Shown: piece by piece, positions 35,097 through 44,265 of the stretch | Numbering within the stretch: position 1 is the first letter of the stretch | Layout: each line of letters opens with the position of its first letter | Virus record (IMG/VR): IMGVR_UViG_3300005537_000024 | Span: 1-64,000 of that record | Direction: 5' to 3' (one strand) | DNA length: 64,000 nt | Source of the DNA: a virus | Notes under the pieces: generated by a model | The model's database searches: none | The model's input: only the letters and a program-made list of their open reading frames with translations | Told to the model about the DNA's origin: nothing | Position numbers and translations under genes: made by a program

Positions 35097-38000
35097 ATGA
35101 CTCGTGGAAAACGTTGGCTGGCGCTCCTCGGCCTCCTCGGCCTCGCGGCGGTCTCGCTCGCGCAGGTGCCGAACGGCGGCCCGATGGTTCCGTCCGTCCC
35201 GTTCCCGCTCGCGGCGTCGAACGAGCTTGCGGACTGCGCGCCGTCGACCAGCTGCAGGAGCAACATCGGCCTCGATCCCTCGGTCTCGACCACGGACGGG
35301 TGGGGGGCGGCCGGCAACGCGATCTCGGCGACGTTCGTCGCCTGCTACACGAACAACGGCTCGTTCTGCGGCGGCCAGGCGTTCAACATCGTCAGCTTCC
35401 CGACGACCCAGAACGGCTCGCAGTCGACCACCGTGACGGGAACGTTGGGCGGGAGCGTGATCACGCTTCAGTCTGGATGGTGCCGGTCGGAGATGGCCGG
35501 GTCGCCGATCTACATCCCCGGGGCCGGCCTCGGCGGGGCGCCGCTGTTCACAAAGATCGTCTCGTGCATCAGCACGCAGCCGTCGGTCGCGGCGTCGATC
35601 GAGACGCCTATGTCCGTCGTCCCGAGCGGGACGGTGACGGTCTCTTACGGGGCGCAGGCGCTCAACGGCGGAACGGGCTGGCAGCAGACGGACGTCGGGA
35701 AGGGGATCTACCTCGGCAACTCGGCGGGCGGCCAGCTCGGCGGCACGTTCACGATCACCGCGGTCACTTCTGGCCTGAATATAACGCTCAGCTCAAACGT
35801 TTCGTCGATCAACAACAGCACGGCCTCGAACTTCGTGTGGGGGACCGACGACAGCACCGCGGTTAGCAACGCCTGCGCCGCAGCCGCGGCGATCCCGTCG
35901 CGGCAGCTCCAGGTCCCGCTGAAGCACTTCGTCCCATCGCTCTCGGCGATCTGCTACAACGTCCGCCTGCGCGGCTCCGGTGCGCTCATGAGCACGGAGT
36001 TCGGCCTTCCGGTATCGAGCGGCGCGGGCGCCGGCATCGTGCAGGAGTTCGTCGTCCCGTACGACGCGCCGCCGGCGCAGGGGCCGCGCCGCGAGGTGAT
36101 CGCCGCGCGCGACCTCAACCAGTGCAGGCTCGCCGGCCCCAACCCGATCATCGTCCAGTCGGGCGACAGCCTCGAGCAGCTCGTGCCGAACGAGCTGTCC
36201 GGCCTCGGGACCTACCCGGGATCGTTCAAGGCGGCGTTCCTGCGGCAGAACCAGCGGACGCTCTGGCCGACCTTCCGCAACGCCGCGGCCGGCGGGGCGC
36301 AGTACACCAACTTCGACGGCAACCCGAACCAGGCGACCGGCGACGTCCTCACGTCGACGTCGACGCCGTGGCTCACGCAGATCGCGGCCGTCAACCCGTG
36401 CCTCGTGATCAACGGCATGGGGAACAACGACGGCGCTGGGCTCTCGATCCCGGCCCTCGTCGACAGCTACGTGAAGATGACGACGCCGGGCGCGGTCTTC
36501 GCGACGCCGCCGGACTTCATCTACGTAACGCACCACCCCTACAGCCGCATCAACAATAGCAACATCGACGCGTGGGAAGGTGACGAGTACGCCTCCGGCT
36601 ACATCTGCTCGTTCGCCCACGTCATGGGGCGTCCGTGCATAGACGGCGCGCGCGAGGGCGAGAAGCACCTATTCGGGATCGACCCCGGCGCGATGCGGAT
36701 GACCCGCCGGTACGACGTCCCCTACAACACCAACAACATGGCCCTGCCGTACTCGCTCTCCGGGTCCGTCTACGGCCACTCGGCGCAGTTCTTCAAGAGC
36801 GGGCAGAACGGCGCGACGTTCTGGGCGAACTTCACTGGCAACGGCGGCGTGACGGACCCGCGCGGCAACTTCATCGCGTTCCGGGTCGGCAAGAACTCCG
36901 ACAACGTCGTGTGGCTGTTCTACAACGGGACGAACATCGGCTACGAGTGCGACCCGTCGGCGGGCCTTCCCGGCCTCGGCTGCGACGGCCCGAACGGCCA
37001 GCCCCCCGTCGTCCCTTCGCTCCTGAGCAACGTCACGGTCGCCAACACGGGCGGCGGGGGCGTCGCCCAGGTCTCGACCTCGACCGCGGTCTTGCAGCCT
37101 TGCACGGTCGGCGGGACGGTCGCGATCCCGGGCGCAGGCGCGGTGCTGACGCCGCCCGGTTATACCAGCTACACGGCGCCGCTCGTCACGACGGTCACGG
37201 CCTGCAATTCGACCTCCCTCATGACCCTCGCGGTCGCCGCGACGACGACCTACGCGGCGCAGTCCGGCTTCGTGATGTTCGGGAACCCGGTCACCTACTC
37301 CAACGTGACCGACGCCTCGAACTGCACGAACGAGCCCTTCGGCTTCGAGGTCAACTTCGACACGCTCAGGGTCTGGTTCTGCTCGACGAACCAGATCGTC
37401 TACGAAGGCCCGGTGATGCGGCCGCGGGGGCTCTACCAGCCGTCGATCTTCACCGGCGGCAACCGGCCCTCGTTTACGGTCGGGGTCGACATTAACGGCG
37501 GCACGACGTTCCAGACGCTTCGCCCCAACCCGAGCCAGATCACGTTCAACGACGCCGAGGTTAGCGGCCCCGCGAGCAACGGCCCTCTGTCGAACCAGAC
37601 CTACTCCGGCCCCGACGGCGGCGACGGCAACAACCACAACACGATGCGGTTCGGGACGCGGGTCATCGCGCCCCTGTTCGACGCGCAGGACCTTTCGATC
37701 GCGCCCGCGTATGTCGGGCCGGCGAACAAGCCGGCGCTCGGCCTCGGAATCCCGCAGGCGCGGACGATGGCGCTGTTCGGGGATAGCATTTTCCAGGGCA
37801 ACGACACGATCAACCTCAGCAACTCGTCGTGCTCGTCTGGCAACTGCGCCGCCACCCTCGACGGCGGCTACGGGACGTTCGCTAGCGCGTATTCCGGCTA
37901 CAGGGTGCTGCGGGTCCCGAACACGGGCAACTGCTCGCTAAACGGGTCGACCTCAGCGATCATGGTCAACTACGTGAGCTGCGTCCTGGCGCTCAGGCCC

Positions 38001-39032
38001 GACGTGGTCATGATGGAGATCGGCGGGAACGACGCGGCCGGGAGCACGGCCTGCGCCACGGTCACGGCCACCAACCGGCAGATCTACAAGGCGTTCATGC
38101 AGGCTGGGATCGCCGTGATCAAGTACGGCGTCTACCCGCGCGGCGGCGGGAGCGCGTTCACGACCGCGCAGGCGAACTTGGCCCAGTGCTACAATCTGGA
38201 GGACAAGCGGTTCGCCGAGGGGGTCGGGAACAACGGGTTCTACTTCGTCGACCTCGACCCGCTGTACGTCTCCCCCGGCGGCGGGACGACGTGGACGATC
38301 AACACGAACTGCCTCAAGGACCTCTTCCACCCCGGGACCTCCTGCGCCTCGGCGGGCGGGTACGCGGGCGCGCAGATCATCAACCAACTTTTCCCGCCCG
38401 GCCGCCAGCCGATCTTCACGAACGCGGATGTCTACGACGGGACGAATAACCCGGGCGGCAACCTCCTCCCGAACGGGATCTTGACCGGCTCGGGCGGGTC
38501 GGCGCCGACTAGCGGGTGCACGGGTTCGACCGTCAACAATTCGAGCCTGACCGGCAACAACCTCATCGGAACGACCTGCGCGGGGTCGACGCAGACGCTC
38601 GCCGACGGCCGGGGGGCGCAGATCATCACGGTCGGCGGGACGGGCTCCGGCTCGAACGGTTTCCTGTCCTGGGCCATGAACTCTGCGACCCCGTCGAGCG
38701 TCGCGATCGGCGACGTGCTCGAGGCCGAGTGCTGGCTAAACCTCGGCGCCAATAGCAACATCGCCGCCGTCGACGTGCAGATGCAGACGATCGAAAGCTC
38801 GACCCTTTTCGTTCAGCACGGCGGGTCGGTCTCGACGCTCACGCTGCCGATGCCGTCGGCGGGCTACGCGACCGGGACGTGGACGCCGTTCCGGACGCCG
38901 CGGCGCACGATGACTGCGATCCCCACGGTCGCCGGCATCAACATCGGCTTCAGCTACGTCTCTCCCCTCGCCACCACGGTTTCCGGCACGCTCGGCATCA
39001 CGAGCTGCTCGCTCAGAAAGGTCCTGTCGTGA
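35097..39032 (+). CDS. Signal-peptide tailspike-like protein with two SGNH/GDSL esterase domains
   Basis: SLA|Q signal; 30 Cys counted; SGDSL..GNND and FGDSI..GGND..DLFHP; tailspike motif GWGAAGNA...GTDDSTAV. Confidence 0.85.
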   Translation: MTRGKRWLALLGLLGLAAVSLAQVPNGGPMVPSVPFPLAASNELADCAPSTSCRSNIGLDPSVSTTDGWGAAGNAISATFVACYTNNGSFCGGQAFNIVSFPTTQNGSQSTTVTGTLGGSVITLQSGWCRSEMAGSPIYIPGAGLGGAPLFTKIVSCISTQPSVAASIETPMSVVPSGTVTVSYGAQALNGGTGWQQTDVGKGIYLGNSAGGQLGGTFTITAVTSGLNITLSSNVSSINNSTASNFVWGTDDSTAVSNACAAAAAIPSRQLQVPLKHFVPSLSAICYNVRLRGSGALMSTEFGLPVSSGAGAGIVQEFVVPYDAPPAQGPRREVIAARDLNQCRLAGPNPIIVQSGDSLEQLVPNELSGLGTYPGSFKAAFLRQNQRTLWPTFRNAAAGGAQYTNFDGNPNQATGDVLTSTSTPWLTQIAAVNPCLVINGMGNNDGAGLSIPALVDSYVKMTTPGAVFATPPDFIYVTHHPYSRINNSNIDAWEGDEYASGYICSFAHVMGRPCIDGAREGEKHLFGIDPGAMRMTRRYDVPYNTNNMALPYSLSGSVYGHSAQFFKSGQNGATFWANFTGNGGVTDPRGNFIAFRVGKNSDNVVWLFYNGTNIGYECDPSAGLPGLGCDGPNGQPPVVPSLLSNVTVANTGGGGVAQVSTSTAVLQPCTVGGTVAIPGAGAVLTPPGYTSYTAPLVTTVTACNSTSLMTLAVAATTTYAAQSGFVMFGNPVTYSNVTDASNCTNEPFGFEVNFDTLRVWFCSTNQIVYEGPVMRPRGLYQPSIFTGGNRPSFTVGVDINGGTTFQTLRPNPSQITFNDAEVSGPASNGPLSNQTYSGPDGGDGNNHNTMRFGTRVIAPLFDAQDLSIAPAYVGPANKPALGLGIPQARTMALFGDSIFQGNDTINLSNSSCSSGNCAATLDGGYGTFASAYSGYRVLRVPNTGNCSLNGSTSAIMVNYVSCVLALRPDVVMMEIGGNDAAGSTACATVTATNRQIYKAFMQAGIAVIKYGVYPRGGGSAFTTAQANLAQCYNLEDKRFAEGVGNNGFYFVDLDPLYVSPGGGTTWTINTNCLKDLFHPGTSCASAGGYAGAQIINQLFPPGRQPIFTNADVYDGTNNPGGNLLPNGILTGSGGSAPTSGCTGSTVNNSSLTGNNLIGTTCAGSTQTLADGRGAQIITVGGTGSGSNGFLSWAMNSATPSSVAIGDVLEAECWLNLGANSNIAAVDVQMQTIESSTLFVQHGGSVSTLTLPMPSAGYATGTWTPFRTPRRTMTAIPTVAGINIGFSYVSPLATTVSGTLGITSCSLRKVLS

Positions 39033-39586
39033 AGCGACACCTCACCGCCCTCCTCGTCGGGACGGCTCTCGCGCTCGCGCCGGCGATCGCCGCGGCGCAG
39101 AACATGGGGGCGTCGGGCTACTACGGCGGCCCCCCCGGCGCCGGCCAGCAGCTCGGGGCGCAGAGCAACGCGCAGGCGGTCGCCGGGAACGTCGGCGAGC
39201 CGCTCTCGAACTCGCTCGCCTCCGGCTCGGCGATCACGTACTCGACCGGGACGGCGGCGAACATCACGAACATCACGAGCCTGACGCCCGGCCGCTGGGA
39301 GGTGTGGGGGACCTGCGCCTTCACGTTCGGCGGGACGACAGTGGTAACGCAGGAGAGCTGCGGGATCAGCACGACGTCGGCGACGCAGCCCGGCCTCGCG
39401 TCGGGGGCGGAGGGGCAGCTGGCCACGGGCGCGGGGTTCACGGGAGGCGCCGACAACACCGTGTTCAGCGGCGTCACGCCGATCGCCGTCTCCGCGCCGA
39501 CGGTCGTCTACCTCGTCGGGACGTGCGCGTTCACGACGTCGACGTGCAAGGGCTACGGGCAGATCCAGGCGGTGCGGAGGCCGTGA
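39029..39586 (+). CDS. Signal-peptide tail-fibre-tip-like protein
   Basis: GTG start; AAA|Q signal; AGNVGE...ASGSAI...TSLTPGRWEVWG fibre-tip motif; 4 Cys. Confidence 0.75.
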   Translation: MKRHLTALLVGTALALAPAIAAAQNMGASGYYGGPPGAGQQLGAQSNAQAVAGNVGEPLSNSLASGSAITYSTGTAANITNITSLTPGRWEVWGTCAFTFGGTTVVTQESCGISTTSATQPGLASGAEGQLATGAGFTGGADNTVFSGVTPIAVSAPTVVYLVGTCAFTTSTCKGYGQIQAVRRP

Positions 39587-40914
39587 CCAAGCGGCTCGCC
39601 CTCGCGCTCGCCCTCCTCCTCGCCGCGCCCGCAGGCGCGCAGACGATCGGGGACCTCGTCGCCGTCGGCCCTTCTCAGCTCCAGACGAGCGACGCGGCGT
39701 CGGCCTGCGCCGCGCAGGGCTATTGCAACGCCCCGCTCGGGCTCAACTTCACCGGCTCGATCACCTACGGGAGCGGGGCTGGTTCTCCGAGCGGCCCCGC
39801 GAACGCGCTCATATGGGCCGGCGGGAACGGCGCGTACGTGCCCGCGACCGGCGTCTGCGCGCTGACGACCGGCCAGCTCTGCGCCTACGTGAGCTTCGCG
39901 TTCCTCGACCAGGTCGACGCGTCGGCGAACTTCAACGGCCTCGCCGCCTTCGTGATCCAGGACGTCGTGCAGGCGCCGGCCAAGGGGGGGCGCGGCGTCT
40001 TCAACACCTACTTCACCTACCAGGGTTCGGCCGATACGAACCAGCAGTACGGCACCGGCTCCTCGTACGTGAAGGCGATCGCCAACAACGGCGGTACGAG
40101 CCTGGCCGCGGCCGGTGCTCTGTTCGGCGGCAACCCGTTCGTCGACTTTCAGCCGGGCGCGACGTTCTGGGCGCAGGGGATCGGCATCGAGACGGACATG
40201 CGCATCATGAACGGCGCGCAGGTCCGTGAGATGATCTTCCACCAATACGTGCACGAGTTCAACTACACGCAGCCCCCGCAGTTCGCGGTCGGGCTTTCGG
40301 TCAACGCGCAGACGGCCTGGAAGGGGACCGGCTTCATAAGCGGGACGACGTTCGACGCGGTCACGTCGACCTTCGGGCAGCTGCTCGTCGGGCACACCCT
40401 CCAGGGGACGGGGATCGCGCCCGGCACGGTCATAACGGCCTACCAGGGCGGCTCGGGGGGGACCGGGACCTACACGGTCAACATCAACCAGAACGTCGGG
40501 AACATCAATTCGACGGTCGCGACGTGGGGCAACCCGGTCGGCCTCGACGCGATGCTGCAAGACGGCTCGTTCGCCGGCGTCTCCGAGATCAGCGCGACCG
40601 GCGGCGTCTTCCGCTGCTTCAACACGCTGAACTCGAACCCGAGCGGCGGGGCCGGCGGCTGCGGGACGATCGGCTACGGCCTCGACTTCGGCAACTACAT
40701 CGCCGTGACCGGCAACCTCCTAAACGGCCCGCAGGGCAACGGGCGGATCGACGGGAACTTCAACGTCGTCGCCGCCACGCTGACCCTGAACAGCTCCGCC
40801 TCGTTCACGGCCACGAAGACGAACTGCGGCAACCTCGCGAGCTCGACGGGATGCCTGATCCTGAAGGACAACAACGGCAATTCGGTCTACGCGCCGCTCT
40901 ACGGCACCCTCTGA
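39583..40914 (+). CDS. Signal-peptide fibre/spike-like protein
   Basis: GTG start; AGA|Q signal; 8 Cys; one copy of the GGxGTY virion repeat domain. Confidence 0.78.
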   Translation: MTKRLALALALLLAAPAGAQTIGDLVAVGPSQLQTSDAASACAAQGYCNAPLGLNFTGSITYGSGAGSPSGPANALIWAGGNGAYVPATGVCALTTGQLCAYVSFAFLDQVDASANFNGLAAFVIQDVVQAPAKGGRGVFNTYFTYQGSADTNQQYGTGSSYVKAIANNGGTSLAAAGALFGGNPFVDFQPGATFWAQGIGIETDMRIMNGAQVREMIFHQYVHEFNYTQPPQFAVGLSVNAQTAWKGTGFISGTTFDAVTSTFGQLLVGHTLQGTGIAPGTVITAYQGGSGGTGTYTVNINQNVGNINSTVATWGNPVGLDAMLQDGSFAGVSEISATGGVFRCFNTLNSNPSGGAGGCGTIGYGLDFGNYIAVTGNLLNGPQGNGRIDGNFNVVAATLTLNSSASFTATKTNCGNLASSTGCLILKDNNGNSVYAPLYGTL

Positions 40915-40926
40915 ACGGAGACCCTC

Positions 40927-41382
40927 GTGAAACGACTCCTGCTCGCCGCCTTTATCCTCGCCCTCGCGTCCAACCCCGCGGCCGCGGCGGAGACGCCTCC
41001 CCCTCCCGCGCTGCACGTCGTCGACATGGCCGCCGTCCTCCGCGGCATCGACGGCAAGCCGATCAAGGACGCGTTCCAGCAGACGGCGGCGGATCAGGCG
41101 TGCGAGAAGTGCGACGACCTAACCCTCGCCGCGGCCGTGACGCGCGTCCTCCTCATTCGCACGAAGGACGACGCGAACATGGACCCGCTCCAGAGCTGGG
41201 CGCTCCAGGACCTCGCCCGCCGGGTCAACGCGCCCGGGCCGGTCACGCTCAACGCGCGGGAACGCGCGGTGATCGTCGAGCGCCTGCTCAAGGTGTACGG
41301 GGGGCTCAACATGCAGTCGATCGTGCTCGGCGCTGCGATCCCGCTGGTCGACCCCGAGCGCCGCGTCCCGGAGCTCAAATGA
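40927..41382 (+). CDS. Signal-peptide tail-fibre-chaperone-like protein
   Basis: AAA|A signal; IDGKPIKD..LTL...LARRV...VTL..ERAVI pattern of proteins that follow phage fibres; CxxC. Confidence 0.65.
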   Translation: MKRLLLAAFILALASNPAAAAETPPPPALHVVDMAAVLRGIDGKPIKDAFQQTAADQACEKCDDLTLAAAVTRVLLIRTKDDANMDPLQSWALQDLARRVNAPGPVTLNARERAVIVERLLKVYGGLNMQSIVLGAAIPLVDPERRVPELK

Positions 41383-41588
41383 CCGACGCGCAGAAGCGGT
41401 GGCTCGACGCGCACCCGTCCTACCGGCCCACGCACCCCGTCTGCGGGCACTTCAAGTTCGTCGGGCTCGGCTGGCTGCACGAGAACGGCCGGTTCGACCG
41501 CTCGGCCTCGGCGCCGGGGGCGTTCAAGGTCGGCAAGCTCACCGAGACGGTCACGCCGCCGTCGGACGAATTCGTTCCCCTGCGCTGA
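41379..41588 (+). CDS. Hypothetical protein
   Basis: ATGA-coupled 69 aa. Confidence 0.5.
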   Translation: MTDAQKRWLDAHPSYRPTHPVCGHFKFVGLGWLHENGRFDRSASAPGAFKVGKLTETVTPPSDEFVPLR

Positions 41589-41607
41589 TTCGTGTTACAT
41601 CGGGCGC

Positions 41608-44220
41608 ATGCCCCTCTCGCTCGACCCCAACTCGGGAATCCCGGCGGGCCTGCGCAAGCGGGCCTTCGACGACGTGTCGGGCGTCAAGGGCCACGCGGCG
41701 GGCGTCCTCTACGTCGCCCCGGACGGCGACGTGCTCCTTTGCCGGCGGTCGCCGGGCGAGGAAAACTACGGGGGGTGGTGGAGCCTCCCGGGCGGCGGCG
41801 CAGAGGACGGCGAGACGCCGGAGGAGGCGGCCAAGCGCGAGGTGGGCGAGGAGCTCGGGCGGCACGGGGTATTTGGCCTGCGGCTCCTCGACCGGCGGGT
41901 GACCCCGACCGGCAAGGCTTTCCACACTTTCGTGAAGACCACCGAGGAGAAGTTCCAGCCGACGCTCAACGGCGAGCACGTCGGTTACGCGTGGTTCCCG
42001 CTCGACGGGCTCCCGGAGAAGACCCACCCCGCGGTGCGGCGGACGCTCGACGAGCGGCTCGGCATCGGGGCGGCCGACATGACGCCGGAGGACTGGAACG
42101 GGCTGCGCGAGGGGTTCCTGAAGTGGACGGCCGAGGAGGAGGCGGAGGGCGAGCACGCGCTCGACGACGCCGACCCGCTCGACTGGGGCGCGGACCTCGA
42201 CGACCTGCCGGTCGACAGCTCGCACGACGGGCCGTGGATGAGCGTCATGGCGCGCGACGGCTCGCGCATGTACCGGAACAAGAACCTCCCGGGCTCGGCG
42301 GAGATCGCCGGGAAGACGGTCGACGTGGACGACATGCTCAAGGCGCACGAGGCGCCGGAGTGGGTCGAGATCAAGGCGCTCCTCGCCGCGTTCGAGAAGG
42401 AGCACGGCCGCGAGCCTGACGAGAAGGAGCGGGTCGCCCTCTACAACGAGGCCCACCGCAAGAAGGGCGTCCCGGGCGAGCGCGCCCACGCGAAGGCGCA
42501 GGGCGTCGACTGGGGCGCCTGGAACGCCTGGTGCCGCGGCGAGGAAGAGAAGCTCGAGAAGGGGCCGTTCACGAACGAGCCGACGGACGCCGACGTGCGC
42601 CCGATCCCGCACGACCACGGCGAGCTCGAGGTGACGACCGATTCGGCCCTCGTGATCGCGCTCGACCGCGAGTCGGTCCGGCAGCTCGACCAGGACGGCC
42701 GGCTCCGGGTCGCGATCACGGCGATCTCGAAGGCCAACATCTGCCCCTACCGCGGCGGGGAGATCCCGCGGTGGCGGGATCTCGGCCTCGACCAGAACAA
42801 GATCTACAACCTGCTGCGGGACCCGGACGAGCTCGCGAAGGCGGCGCCGACGTTCAACGGCATACAGTTGCTGAGGATTCACAAGCCGGTCAACGCGACG
42901 GCGCCGCAGGTCGAGGAGGTCGTCGGGACGACCGGGACGGAGGCGGAGTTCGTCTACCCGTACCTGCGCAACAGCCTCGTCGTGTGGACGCAGGAGGGGA
43001 TCGACTTCATCGAGTCGGAGGAGAAGAAGGAGCTGAGCTCCGGCTATCACTACGACGCGGACATGACACCGGGAACTTTCGATGGTAAGCAGTACGACGG
43101 CGTCATGAGGAACCTGCGCGGCAACCACGTCGCGCTCGTCGAGCAGGGAAGGGCGGGACCCGACGTGGTCGTCGCCGATAGCATGGAGGGCCTGATGGCC
43201 AACGCGAAGCCGACTCGTCTCGCCGCCGCCGCCCTGAGGCTGACCGCGCGGGGGATCAACCCGCTGCTCGCGCACGACGCAAAAGTCGAGCTGATGCCGT
43301 TTTTCGCGGACCTCAACACGAAGAACTTCAAGGAGCGCAAGCCGAAGGTCCTCGACGGCCTCAAGGCGGCGCTCAAGGGGAAGACGATCGCGAAGGACGC
43401 CGACATCTCCCACGTCGCGCTCGCGCTCGACGAGGTCGAGAAGGTCGGGGAGAAGGACAAGGCGGCCGACGAATCAGTCTCCGAGCCGCAGCACAAGGCG
43501 ATGGAGGCGGCGGCCCACGGGCACTCGAACCTCGGCATCCCCAAGTCGGTGGGCGAGGAGTTCTCCGACGCCGACAAGGGCAAGAAGTTCGACGAGCTCC
43601 CGGCGTTCCTGAAAGAGAAGGGGATGTCGGAGGACGACGTCGAGCACGTCATGGGGATGTTTCCGCAGGCGGACAAGTCGGCGGCCGGCGACGTGCACCA
43701 CCACCACCACTACGGCCACGACGAGTCGGAGACCGACGAGGAGAAGAAGGCCCGCGAGAAGAAGGCCGAGGACTCGGCCATGATCGAGGGCGGCTCCCAC
43801 ATGCACCACCACCACGCGGCCGACTCCAAGGGAGCAAAGGACAAGGCGATGGTCACGAAGGACGAGATGGACGCGACCCTCAAGGCCGCGCTCGCGGCGA
43901 ACGCCAAGGAGATCCGCGCGGCGGAGAAGGACATCCGGATCGCGATGGACGAGGTCCGCCCGTACGTCGGCGACCTGCCGGCGACGCTCGGGCTCGATAG
44001 CGGCTCGGCCGTGCGGCGCCACGCGCTGAAGGTCCTTCAGGTCGAGGGGGCGGACGCGATCCACGAGTCGGCGCTCTCGACGATCCTCAAGATGCAGCCG
44101 AAGGCCGGCGCGCGGGAGCCCGACCCCGACCGCCGCCGGACGTCGCTCGGCATGGACGCCGCGACGGTCAAGGGCTTCAACGAGCGGTTCCCCGACGCGG
44201 ACCGGATCAAGCTGGCCTGA
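41608..44220 (+). CDS. Nudix + unknown domain + DUF2213 prohead protease/scaffold fusion
   Basis: Perfect Nudix box GGAEDGETPEEAAKREVGEELG; DUF2213 motifs SKANICPYRG.EI, ELSSGY, NHVALVEQGRAG; acidic scaffold tail. Confidence 0.9.
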   Translation: MPLSLDPNSGIPAGLRKRAFDDVSGVKGHAAGVLYVAPDGDVLLCRRSPGEENYGGWWSLPGGGAEDGETPEEAAKREVGEELGRHGVFGLRLLDRRVTPTGKAFHTFVKTTEEKFQPTLNGEHVGYAWFPLDGLPEKTHPAVRRTLDERLGIGAADMTPEDWNGLREGFLKWTAEEEAEGEHALDDADPLDWGADLDDLPVDSSHDGPWMSVMARDGSRMYRNKNLPGSAEIAGKTVDVDDMLKAHEAPEWVEIKALLAAFEKEHGREPDEKERVALYNEAHRKKGVPGERAHAKAQGVDWGAWNAWCRGEEEKLEKGPFTNEPTDADVRPIPHDHGELEVTTDSALVIALDRESVRQLDQDGRLRVAITAISKANICPYRGGEIPRWRDLGLDQNKIYNLLRDPDELAKAAPTFNGIQLLRIHKPVNATAPQVEEVVGTTGTEAEFVYPYLRNSLVVWTQEGIDFIESEEKKELSSGYHYDADMTPGTFDGKQYDGVMRNLRGNHVALVEQGRAGPDVVVADSMEGLMANAKPTRLAAAALRLTARGINPLLAHDAKVELMPFFADLNTKNFKERKPKVLDGLKAALKGKTIAKDADISHVALALDEVEKVGEKDKAADESVSEPQHKAMEAAAHGHSNLGIPKSVGEEFSDADKGKKFDELPAFLKEKGMSEDDVEHVMGMFPQADKSAAGDVHHHHHYGHDESETDEEKKAREKKAEDSAMIEGGSHMHHHHAADSKGAKDKAMVTKDEMDATLKAALAANAKEIRAAEKDIRIAMDEVRPYVGDLPATLGLDSGSAVRRHALKVLQVEGADAIHESALSTILKMQPKAGAREPDPDRRRTSLGMDAATVKGFNERFPDADRIKLA

Positions 44221-44265
44221 CGCTCGTTCACTGAACGAGGTTAACCCCCTCACGGAGAAGCGAAG

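Noticed and set aside
34703-41382. Host-derived secreted-protein island or a diversity-generating retroelement target
   Set aside because: Proteins carry phage fibre motifs and phage-like codon usage; no reverse transcriptase or TR/VR pair seen
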